This document shows positions 26,801 through 39,619 of a stretch of DNA of 64,000 nucleotides, piece by piece. The DNA is from the human T2T-CHM13v2.0 reference genome, Homo sapiens. How positions within the stretch are numbered: the first letter of the stretch is position 1; the number at the start of each line of letters is the position of its first letter. The DNA lies in the NCBI RefSeq assembly GCF_009914755.1, contig NC_060925.1; one strand, given 5' to 3'. The notes below the pieces were generated by a model, which was not told the origin of the DNA, searched no databases, and saw only the letters and a program-made list of their open reading frames with translations. A program made the translations under genes and the position numbers.

Positions 26801-29600
26801 TATCCACGTGCAGACTTTACAAACAGAGTGTTTCCAAACCGCTGAATGAAAAGAAAAGTTAAACTCTGAGAGTTGAACGCACACATCACGCAGCAGTTTC
26901 TGAGAATGATTCTGTCTAGTTTTTATACGAAGATATTTCCTTTTCTGCCTTTGGCCCCAAAGCGCTTGAAATCTCCACTTGCAAATTCCACAAAAACAGT
27001 GTTTCAAATCTGCTCTCTCTAAATGAAAGTTCAACTCTGTCAGTTGAATACACACAACACAAGGAAGTTACTGAGAATTCTTCTGTCTAGCATAATATGA
27101 AGAAATCCCGTTTCCAACGAAGGCCTCAAAGGGGTCTGAATATCCACTTGCAGACTTTATAAAAAGAGTGTTTACTAACTGCTCTATGAAAAGAAAGGTT
27201 AAACTCTGTGAGTTGAACACACACATCACAAAGGAGTTTCTGAGAATCATTCTGTCTAGTTTTTCTACGAAGATATTTCCTTTTCTACTATTGACCTCAA
27301 AGCGGCTGAAATCTACACTTGCAAATTCCACAAAAAGAGTGTTTCAAGTCTGCTCTGTGTAAAGGATCGTTCAACTCTGTGAGTTGAATACACACAACAC
27401 AAGGAAGTTACTGAGAATTCTTCTGTCTAGCAGAATATGGAGAAATCCCGTTTCCAACGAAGGCCTCAAGGAGGTCTGAATATCCACTTGCAGACTTTAC
27501 AAACAGAGTGTTTCCTAACTGCTCTATGAACAGAAAGGTTAAACTCTGTGAGTTGAACGCACACATCACAAAGGAGTTTCTGAGAATCATTCTGTCTAGT
27601 CTTTATACGAAGATATTTCCTATTCTACCATTGACCTCAAAGCGGCTGAAATCTCCACTTGCAAATTCCACAAAAAGAGTGTTTCAAGTCCGCTCTGTGT
27701 AAAGGATCGTTCAACTCTGTGAGTTGAATACACACAACACAAGGAAGTTACTGAGAATTATTCTCTCTAGCAAAATATGAAGAAATCCCGTTTCCAACGA
27801 AGGCCTCAAAGAGGTCTGAATATCCACTTGCAGACTTTACAAACAGAGTGTTTCCTAACTGCTCTATGAGAAGAAAAGTTAAACTCTGTGAGTTGAACGC
27901 ACACATCACAAAAGATTTTCTGAGAATCATTCTGTCTAGTCTTTATATGAAGATAGTTTCCTTTTCTACCATTGACCTCAAAGCGGCTGAAATCTCCACT
28001 TGCAAATTCCACAAAAAGAGTGTTTCAAGTCTGCTCTGTGTAAAGGATCGTTCAACTCTGTGAGTTGAATACACACAACACAAGGAAGTTACTGAGAATT
28101 CTTCTGTCTAGCAGAATATGAAGAAATCCCGTTTCCAACGAAGGCCACAAGATGTCAGAATATCCACTTACAGACTTTACAAACAGAGTGTTTCCTAACT
28201 GCTCTATGAACAGAAAGGTTAAACTCTGTGAGTTGAACGAACACATCACAACGCAGTTTGTGGGAATGATTCTGTCTAGTTTTGAAACGAAGATATTTCC
28301 TTTTCTGCCGTTGACCTTAAAGCACTTGAAATCTACACTTGCAAATTGCACAAATAGAGTGTTTCAAATCTGCTCTGTCTAAGGGAACGTTCAACTCTGT
28401 GAGTTGAATGCACACAACACAAGGAAGTTACTGGGAATTCTTCTGTCTAGCCTTACATGAAAAAAACCCGTTTCCAACGAAGGCCTCTAAGTGGTCAAAA
28501 TATCCACGTGCAGACTTTACAAACAGAGTGTTTCCAAACCGCTGAATGAAAAGAAAAGTTAAACTCTGAGAGTTGAACGCACACATCACGCAGCAGATTC
28601 TGAGAATGATTCTGTCTAGTTTTTATACGAAGATATTTCCTTTTCTGCCTTTGGCCCCAAAGCGCTTGAAATCTCCACTTGCAAATTCCACAAAAACAGT
28701 GTTTCAAATCTGCTCTCTCTAAATGAAAGTTCAACTCTGTCAGTTGAATACACACAACACAAGGAAGTTACTGAGAATTCTTCTGTCTAGCATAATATGA
28801 AGAAATCCCGTTTCCAACGAAGGCCTCAAAGGGGTCTGAATATCCACTTGCAGACTTTATAAACAGAGTGTTTACTAACTGCTCTATGAAAAGAAAGGTT
28901 AAACTCTGTGAGTTGAACACACACATCACAAAGGAGTTTCTGAGAATCATTCTGTCTAGTTTTTCTACGAAGATATTTCCTTTTCTACTATTGACCTCAA
29001 ATCGGCTGAAATCTCCACTTGCAAATTCCACAAAAAGAGTGTTTCAAGTCTGCTCTGTGTAAAGGATCGTTCAACTCTGTGAGTAGAATACACACAACAC
29101 AAGGAAGTTACTGAGAATTCTTCTGTCTAGCAGAATATGAAGAAATCCCGTTTCCAACGAAGGCCTCAAGGAGGTCTGAATATCCACTTGCAGACTTTTC
29201 AAACAGAGTGTTTCCTAACTGCTCTATGAAAAGAAAGGTTAAACTCTGTGAGTTGAACGCACACATCACAAAGGAGTTTATGAGAATCATTCTGTCTAGT
29301 TTCTATAAGAAGATATTTCCTATTCTACCATTGACCTCAAAGCGGCTGAAATCTCCACTTGCAAATTCGACAAAAAGAGTGTTTCAAGCCTGCTCTCTGT
29401 AAAGGATCCTTCAACTCTGTGAGTTGAATACACACAACACAAGGAAGTTACTGAGAATTATTCTGTCTAGCAAAATATGAAGAAATCCCGTTTCCAACGA
29501 AGGCCTCAAAGAGGTCTGAATATCCACTTGCAGACTTTACAAACAGAGTGTTTCCTAACTGCTCTATGAGAAGAAAAGTTAAACTCTGTGAGTTGAACGC
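23850..29600 (-). repeat. 10-mer (1700-bp) HOR variants organised as a 3400-bp super-repeat
   Basis: Marker spacing of 1700 three times. Variants recur at +3400: aagtccgctc (~24286/27686), agcacttg (24921/28321), cagcagattc (25191/28591), gagtagaata (25681/29081). Confidence 0.88.
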
Positions 29601-32600
29601 ACACATCACAAAGGAGTTTCTGAGAATCGTTCTGTCTAGTTTCTATAGGAAGATATTTCCTATTCTACCATTGACCTCAAAGCGGCTGAAATCTCCAGTT
29701 GCAAATTCCACAAAAAGAATGTTTCAAGTCTGCTCTGTGTAAAGGATCGTTCAACTCTGTGAGTTGAATACACACAACACAAGGAAGTTACTGAGAATTA
29801 TTCTGTCTAGCATAATATGAAGAAATCCCGTTTCCAACGAAGGCCTCAAAGAGGTCTGAATATCCACTTGCAGACTTTACAAACAGAGTGTTTCCTAACT
29901 GCTCTATGAAAAGAAAAGTTAAACTCTGTGAGTTGAACGCACACATCACAAAGGAGTTTATGAGAATCATTCTGTCTAGTCTTTATACGAAGATATTTCC
30001 TTATCTACCATTGACCTCAAAGCGGCTGAAATCTCCACTTGCAAATTCCACAAAAAGAGTGTTTCAAGTCTGCTCTGTGTAAAGGATCGTTCAACTCTGT
30101 GAGTTGAATACACACAACACAAGGAAGTTACTGAGAATTCTTCTGTCTAGCAGAATATGAAGAAATCCCGTTTCCAACGAAGGCCTCAAGGAGGTCTGAA
30201 TATCCACTTGCAGACTTTACAAACAGAGTGTTTCCTAACTGCTCTATGAACAGAAAGGTTAAACTCTGTGAGTTGAACGCACACATCACAAAGGAGTTTC
30301 TGAGAATCATTCTGTCTAGTCTTTATACGAAGATATTTCCTATTCTACCATTGACCTCAAAGCGGCTGAAATCTCCACTTGCAAATTCCACAAAAAGAGT
30401 GTTTCAAGTCTGCTCTGTGTAAAGGATCATTCAACTCTGTGAGTTGAATAAACACAACACAAGGAAGTTACTGAGAATTCTTCTGTCTAGCAGAATATGA
30501 AGAAATCCCGTTTCCAACGAAGGCCTCAAGGAGGTCTGAATATCCACTTGCAGACTTTTCAAACAGAGTGTTTCCTAACTGCTCTATGAAAAGAAAGGTT
30601 AAACTCTGTGAGTTGAACGCACCCATCACAAAGGAGTTTATGAGAATCATTCTGTCTAGTTTCTATAAGAAGATATTTCCTATTCTACCATTGACCTCAA
30701 AGCGGCTGAAATCTCCACTTGCAAATTCGACAAAAAGAGTGTTTCAAGCCTGCTCTCTGTAAAGGATCCTTCAACTCTGTGAGTTGAATACACACAACAC
30801 AATTAAGTTACTGAGAATTATTCTGTCTAGCAAAATATGAAGAAATCCCGTTTCCAACGAAGGCCTCAAAGAGGTCTGAATATCCACTTGCAGACTTTAC
30901 AAACAGAGTGTTTCCTAACTGCTCTATGAGAAGAAAAGTTAAACTCTGTGAGTTGAACGCACACATCACAAAAGATTTTCTGAGAATCATTCTGTCTAGT
31001 CTTTATATGAAGATAGTTTCCTTTTCTACCATTGACCTCAAAGCGGCTGAAATCTCCACTTGCAAATTCCACAAAAAGAGTGTTTCAAGTCTGCTCTGTG
31101 TAAAGGATCGTTCAACTCTGTGAGTTGAATACACACAACACAAGGAAGTTACTGAGAATTCTTCTGTCTAGCAGAATATGAAGAAATCCCGTTTCCAACG
31201 AAGGCCACAAGATGTCAGAATATCCACTTACAGACTTTACAAACAGAGTGTTTCCTAACTGCTCTATGAACAGAAAGGTTAAACTCTGTGAGTTGAACGA
31301 ACACATCACAACGCAGTTTGTGGGAATGATTCTGTCTAGTTTTGAAAGGAAGATATTTCCTTTTCAGCCGTTGACCTTAAAGCGCTTGAAATCTACACTT
31401 GCAAATTGCACAAATAGAGTGTTTCAAATCTGCTCTGTCTAAGGGAACGTTCAACTCTGTGAGTTGAATGCACACAACACAAGGAAGTTACTGGGAATTC
31501 TTCTGTCTAGCCTTACATGAAAAAAACCCGTTTCCAACGAAGGCCTCTAAGTGGTCAAAATATCCACGTGCAGACTTTACAAACAGAGTGTTTCCAAACC
31601 GCTGAATGAAAAGAAAAGTTAAACTCTGAGAGTTGAACGCACACATCACGCAGCAGTTTCTGAGAATGATTCTGTCTAGTTTTTATACGAAGATATTTCC
31701 TTTTCTGCCTTTGGCCCCAAAGCGCTTGAAATCTCCACTTGCAAATTCCACAAAAACAGTGTTTCAAATCTGCTCTCTCTAAATGAAAGTTCAACTCTGT
31801 CAGTTGAATACACACAACACAAGGAAGTTACTGAGAATTCTTCTGTCTAGCATAATATGAAGAAATCCCGTTTCCAACGAAGGCCTCAAAGGGGTCTGAA
31901 TATCCACTTGCAGACTTTATAAACAGAGTGTTTACTAACTGCTCTATGAAAAGAAAGGTTAAACTCTGTGAGTTGAACACACACATCACAAAGGAGTTTC
32001 TGAGAATCATTCTGTCTAGTTTTTCTACGAAGATATTTCCTTTTCTACTATTGACCTCAAAGCGGCTGAAATCTACACTTGCAAATTCCACAAAAAGAGT
32101 GTTTCAAGTCTGCTCTGTGTAAAGGATCGTTCAACTCTGTGAGTTGAATATACACAACACAAGGAAGTTACTGAGAATTCTTCTGTCTAGCAGAATATGA
32201 AGAAATCCCGTTTCCAACGAAGGCCTCAAGGAGGTCTGAATATCCACTTGCAGACTTTACAAACAGAGTGTTTCCTAACTGCTCTATGAACAGAAAGGTT
32301 AAACTCTGTGAGTTGAACGCACACATCACAAAGGAGTTTCTGAGAATCATTCTGTCTAGTCTTTATACGAAGATATTTCCTATTCTACCATTGACCTCAA
32401 AGCGGCTGAAATCTCCACTTGCAAATTCCACAAAAAGAGTGTTTCAAGTCTGCTCTGTGTAAAGGATCATTCAACTCTGTGAGTTGAATAAACACAACAC
32501 AAGGAAGTTACTGAGAATTCTTCTGTCTAGCAGAATATGAAGAAATCCCGTTTCCAACGAAGGCCTCAAGGAGGTCTGAATATCCACTTGCAGACTTTTC

Positions 32601-35600
32601 AAACAGAGTGTTTCCTAACTGCTCTATGAAAAGAAAGGTTAAACTCTGTGAGTTGAACGCACACATCACAAAGGAGTTTATGAGAATCATTCTATCTAGT
32701 TTCTATAAGAAGATATTTCCTATTCTACCATTGACCTCAAAGCGGCTGAAATCTCCACTTGCAAATTCGACAAAAAGAGTGTTTCAAGCCAGCTCTCTGT
32801 AAAGGATCCTTCAACTCTGTGAGTTGAAAACACACAACACAAGGAAGTTACTGAGAATTATTCTCTCTAGCAAAATATGAAGAAATCCCGTTTCCAACGA
32901 AGGCCTCAAAGAGGTCTGAATATCCACTTGCAGACTTTACAAACAGAGTGTTTCCTAATTGCTCTATGAGAAGAAAAGTTAAACTCTGTGAGTTGAACGC
33001 ACACATCACAAAAGATTTTCTGAGAATCATTCTGTCTAGTCTTTATATGAAGATAGTTTCCTTTTCTACCATTGACCTCAAAGCGGCTGAAATCTCCACT
33101 TGCAAATTCCACAAAAAGAGTGTTTCAAGTCTGCTCTGTGTAAAGGATCGTTCAACTCTGTGAGTTGAATACACACAACACAAGGAAGTTACTGAGAATT
33201 CTTCTGTCTAGCAGAATATGAAGAAATCCCGTTTCCAACGAAGGCCACAAGATGTCAGAATATCCACTTACAGACTTTACAAACAGAGTGTTTCCTAACT
33301 GCTCTATGAACAGAAAGGTTAAACTCTGTGAGTTGAACGAACACATCACAACGCAGTTTGTGGGAATGATTCTGTCTAGTTTTGAAACGAAGATATTTCC
33401 TTTTCTGCCGTTGACCTTAAAGCCCTTGAAATCTACACTTGCAAATTGCACAAATAGAGTGTTTCAAATCTGCTCTGTCTAAGGGAACGTTCAACTCTGT
33501 GAGTTGAATGCACACAACACAAGGAAGTTACTGGGAATTCTTCTGTCTAGCCTTACATGAAAAAAACCCGTTTCCAACGAAGGCCTCTAAGTGGTCAAAA
33601 TATCCACGTGCAGACTTTACAAACAGAGTGTTTCCAAACCGCTGAATGAAAAGAAAAGTTAAACTCTGAGAGTTGAACGCACACATCACGCAGCAGATTC
33701 TGAGAATGATTCTGTCTAGTTTTTATACGAAGATATTTCCTTTTCTGCCTTTGGCCCCAAAGCGCTTGAAATCTCCACTTGCAAATTCCACAAAAACAGT
33801 GTTTCAAATCTGCTCTCTCTAAATGAAAGTTCAACTCTGTCAGTTGAATACACACAACACAAGGAAGTTACTGAGAATTCTTCTGTCTAGCATAATATGA
33901 AGAAATCCCGTTTCCAACGAAGGCCTCAAAGGGGTCTGAATATCCACTTGCAGACTTTATAAACAGAGTGTTTACTAACTGCTCTATGAAAAGAAAGGTT
34001 AAACTCTGTGAGTTGAACGCACACATCACAAAGGAGTTTCTGAGAATCATTCTGTCTAGTCTTTATACGAAGATATTTCCTATTCTACCATTGACCTCAA
34101 AGCGGCTGAAATCTCCACTTGCAAATTCCACAAAAAGAGTGTTTCAAGTCTGCTCTGTGTAAAGGATCATTCAACTCTGTGAGTTGAATAAACACAACAC
34201 AAGGAAGTTACTGAGAATTCTTCTGTCTAGCAGAATATGAAGAAATCCCGTTTCCAACGAAGGCCTCAAGGAGGTCTGAATATCCACTTGCAGACTTTTC
34301 AAACAGAGTGTTTCCTAACTGCTCTATGAAAAGAAAGGTTAAACTCTGTGAGTTGAACGCACACATCACAAAGGAGTTTATGAGAATCATTCTGTCTAGT
34401 TTCTATAAAAAGATATTTCCTATTCTACCATTGACCTCAAAGCGGCTGAAATCTCCACTTGCAAATTCGACAAAAAGAGTGTTTCAAGCCTGCTCTCTGT
34501 AAAGGATCCTTCAACTCTGTGAGTTGAATACACACAACACAAGGAAGTTACTGAGAATTATTCTGTCTAGCAAAATATGAAGAAATCCCATTTCCAACGA
34601 AGGCCTCAAAGAGGTCTGAATATCCACTTGCAGACTTTACAAACAGAGTGTTTCCTAACTGCTCTATGAGAAGAAAAGTTAAACTCTGTGAGTTGAACGC
34701 ACACATCACAAAAGATTTTCTGAGAATCATTCTGTCTAGTCTTTATATGAAGATAGTTTCCTTTTCTACCATTGACCTCAAAGCGGCTGAAATCTCCACT
34801 TGCAAATTCCACAAAAAGAGTGTTTCAAGTCTGCTCTGTGTAAAGGATCGTTCAACTCTGTGAGTTGAATACACACAACACAAGGAAGTTACTGAGAATT
34901 CTTCTGTCTAGCAGAATAGGAAGAAATCCCGTTTCCAACGAAGGCCACAAGATGTCAGAATATCCACTTACAGACTTTACAAACAGAGTGTTTCCTAACT
35001 GCTCTATGAACAGAAAGGTTAAACTCTGTGAGTTGAACGAACACATCACAACGCAGTTTGTGGGAATGATTCTGTCTAGTTTTGAAACGAAGATATTTCC
35101 TTTTCTGCCGTTGACCTTAAAGCGCTTGAAATCTACACTTGCAAATTGCACAAATAGAGTGTTTCAAATCTGCTCTGTCTAAGGGAACGTTCAACTCTGT
35201 GAGTTGAATGCACACAACACAAGGAAGTTACTGGGAATTCTTCTGTCTAGCCTTACATGAAAAAAACCCGTTTCCAACGAAGGCCTCTAAGTGGTCAAAA
35301 TATCCACGTGCAGACTTTACAAACAGAGTGTTTCCAAACCGCTGAATGAAAAGAAAAGTTAAACTCTGAGAGTTGAACGCACACATCACGCAGCAGTTTC
35401 TGAGAATGATTCTGTCTAGTTTTTATACGAAGATATTTCCTTTTCTGCCTTTGGCCCCAAAGCGCTTGAAATCTCCACTGGCAAATTCCACAAAAACAGT
35501 GTTTCAAATCTGCTCTCTCTAAATGAAAGTTCAACTCTGTCAGTTGAATACACACAACACAAGGAAGTTACTGAGAATTCTTCTGTCTAGCATAATATGA

Positions 35601-38600
35601 AGAAATCCCGTTTCCAACGAAGGCCTCAAAGGGGTCTGAATATCCACTTGCAGACTTTATAAACAGAGTGTTTACTAACTGCTCTATGAAAAGAATGGTT
35701 AAACTCTGTGAGTTGAACACACACATCACAAAGGAGTTTTTGAGAATCATTCTGCCTAGTTTTTCTACGAAGACATTTCCTTTTCTACTATTGACCTCAA
35801 AGCGGCTGAAATCTCCACTTGCAAATTCCACAAAAAGAGTGTTTCAAGTCTGCTCTGTGTAAAGGATCGTTCAACTCTGTGAGTTGAATACACACAACAC
35901 AAGGAAGTTACTGAGAATTCTTCTGTCTAGCAGAATATGAAGAAATCCCGTTTCCAACGAAGGCCTCAAGGAGGTCTGAATATCCACTTGCAGACTTTAC
36001 AAACAGAGTGTTTCCTAACTGCTCTATGAACAGAAAGTTTAAACTCTGTGAGTTGAACACACACATCACAAAGGAGTTTCTGAGAATCATTCTGTCTAGT
36101 CTTTATACGAAGATATTTACTTTTCTACCGTTGACCTCAAAGCGGCTGAAATCTCCACTTGCAATTTCCACAAAAAGAGTGTTTCAAGTCTGCTCTGTGT
36201 AAAGGATCATTCAACTCTGTGAGTTGAATAAACACAACACAAGGAAGTTACTGAGAATTCTTCTGTCTAGCAGAATATGAAGAAATCCCGTTTCCAACGA
36301 AGGCCTCAAGGAGGTCTGAATATCCACTTGCAGACTTTACAAACAGAGTGTTTCCTAACTGCTCTATGAAAAGAAAGGTTAAACTCTGTGAGTTGAACGC
36401 ACACATCACAAAGGAGTTCATGAGAATCATTCAGTCTAGTTTCTATAAGAAGATATTTCCTATTCTACCATTGACCTCAAAGCGGCTGAAATCTCCACTT
36501 GCAAATTCGACAAAAAGAGTGTTTCAAGCCTGCTCTCTGTAAAGGATCCTTCAACTCTGTGAGTTGAATACACACAACACAAGGAAGTTACTGAGAATTA
36601 TTCTGTCTAGCATAATATGAAGAAATCCCGTTTCCAACGAAGGCCTCAAAGAGGTCTGAATATCCACTTGCACACTTTACAAACAGAGTGTTTCCTAACT
36701 GCTCTATGAGAAGAAAAGTTAAACTCTGTGAGTTGAACGCACACATCACAAAAGATTTTCTGAGAATCATTCTGTCTAGTCTTTATATGAAGATAGTTTC
36801 CTTTTCTACCATTGACCTCAAAGCGGCTGAAATCTCCACTTGCAAATTCCACAAAAAGAGTGTTTCAAGTCTGCTCTGTGTAAAGGATCGTTCAACTCTG
36901 TGAGTTGAATACACACAACACAAGGAAGTTACTGAGAATTCTTCTGTCTAGCAGAATAGGAAGAAATCCCGTTTCCAACGAAGGCCACAAGATGTCAGAA
37001 TATCCACTTACAGACTTTACAAACAGAGTGTTTCCTAACTGCTCTATGAACAGAAAGGTTAAACTCCGTGAGTTGAACGAACACATCACAACGCAGTTTG
37101 TGGGAATGATTCTGTCTAGTTTTGAAACGAAGATATTTCCTTTTCTGCCGTTGACCTTAAAGCGCTTGAAATCTACACTTGCAAATTGCACAAATAGAGT
37201 GTTTCAAATCTGCTCTGTCTAAGGGAACGTTCAACTCTGTGAGTTGAATGCACACAACACAAGGAAGTTACTGGGAATTCTTCTGTCTAGCCTTAAATTA
37301 AAAAAACCCGTTTCCAACGAAGGCCTCTAAGTGGTCAAAATTTCCACGTGCAGACTTTACAAACAGAGTGTTTCCAAACCGCTGAATGAAAAGAAAAGTT
37401 AAACTCTGAGAGTTGAACGCACACATCACGCAGCAGTTTCTGAGAATGATTCTGTCTAGTTTTTATACGAAGATATTTCCTTTTCTGCCTTTGGCCCCAA
37501 AGCGCTTGAAATCTCCACTTGCAAATTCCACAAAAACAGTGTTTCAAATCTGCTCTCTCTAAATGAAAGTTCAACTCTGTCAGTTGAATACACACAACAC
37601 AAGGAAGTTACTGAGAATTCTTCTGTCTAGCATAATATGAAGAAATCCCGTTTCCAACGAAGGCCTCAAAGGGGTCTGAATATCCACTTGCAGACTTTAT
37701 AAACAGAGTGTTTACTAACTGCTCTATGAAAAGAAAGGTTAAACTCTGTGAGTTGAACACACACATCACAAAGGAGTTTCTGAGAATCATTCTGTCTAGT
37801 TTTTCTACGAAGATATTTCCTTTTCTACTATTGACCTCAAAGCGGCTGAAATCTCCACTTGCAAATTCCACAAAAAGAGTGTTTCAAGTCTGCTCTGTGT
37901 AAAGGATCGTTCAACTCTGTGAGTTGAATACACACAACACAAGGAAGTTACTGAGAATTCTTCTGTCTAGCAGAATATGAAGAAATCCCGTTTCCAACGA
38001 AGGCCTCAAGGAGGTCTGAATATCCACTTGCAGACTTTACAAACAGAGTGTTTCCTAACTGCTCTATGAACAGAAAGGTTAAACGCTGTGAGTTGAACGC
38101 ACACATCACAAAGGAGTTTCTGAGAATCATTCTGTCTAGTCTTTATACGAAGATATTTCCTTTTCTACCATTGACCTCAAAGCGGCTGAAATCTCCACTT
38201 GCAAATTCCACAAAAAGAGTGTTTCAAGTCTGCTCTGTGTAAAGGATCATTCAACTCTGTGAGTTGAATAAACACAACACAAGGAAGTTACTGAGAATTC
38301 TTCTGTCTAGCAGAATATGAAGAAATCCCGTTTCCAACGAAGGCCTCAAGGAGGTCTGAATATCCACTTGCAGACTTTACAAACAGAGTGTTTCCTAACT
38401 GCTCTATGAACAGAAAGGTTAAACTCTGTGAGTTGAACGCACACATCACAAAGGAGTTTATGAGAATCATTCTGTCTAGTTTCTATAAGAAGATATTTCC
38501 TATTCTACCATTGACCTCAAAGCGGCTGAAATCTCCACTTGCAAATTCGACAAAAAGAGTGTTTCAAGCCTGCTCTCTGTAAAGGATCCTTCAACTCTGT

Positions 38601-39619
38601 GAGTTGAATACACACAACACAAGGAAGTTACTGAGAATTATTCTGTCTAGCATAATATGAAGAAATCCCGTTTCCAACGAAGGCCTCAAAGAGGTCTGAA
38701 TATCCACTTGCAGACTTTACAAACAGAGTGTTTCCTAACTGCTCTATGAGAAGAAAAGTTAAACTCTGTGAGTTGAACGCACACATCACAAAAGATTTTC
38801 TGAGAATCATTCTGTCTAGTCTTTATATGAAGATAGTTTCCTTTTCTACCATTGACCTCAAAGCGGCTGAAATCTCCACTTGCAAATTCCACAAAAAGAG
38901 TGTTTCAAGTCTGCTCTGTGTAAAGGATCATTCAACGCTGTGAGTTGAATACACACAACACAAGGAAGTTACTGAGAATTCTTCTGTCTAGCAGAATATG
39001 AAGAAATCCCGTTTCCAACGAAGGCCTCAAGGAGGTCTGAATATCCACTTGCAGACTTTACAAACAGAGTGTTTCCTAACTGCTCTATGAACAGAAAGGT
39101 TAAACTCTGTGAGTTGAACGCACACATCACAAAGGAGTTTATGAGAATCATTCTGTCTAGTTTCTATAAGAAGATATTTCGTATTCTACCATTGACCTCA
39201 AAGCGGCTGAAATCTCCACTTGCAAATTCGACAAAAAGAGTGTTTCAAGCCTGCTCTCTGTAAAGGATCCTTCAACTCTGTGAGTTGAATACACACAACA
39301 CAAGGAAGTTACTGAGAATTCTTCTGTCTAGCAGAATATGAAGAAATCCCGTTTCCAACGAAGGCCACAAGATGTCAGAATATCCACTTACAGACTTTAC
39401 AAACAGAGTGTTTCCTAACTGCTCTATGAACAGAAAGGTTAAACTCTGTGAGTTGAACGAACACATCACAACGCAGTTTGTGGGAATGATTCTGTCTTGT
39501 TTTGAAAGGAAGATATTTCCTTTTCTGCCGTTGACCTTAAAGCGCTTGAAATCTACACTTGCAAATTGCACAAATAGGCTGTTTCAAATCTGCTCTGTCT
39601 AAGGGAACGTTCAACTCTG

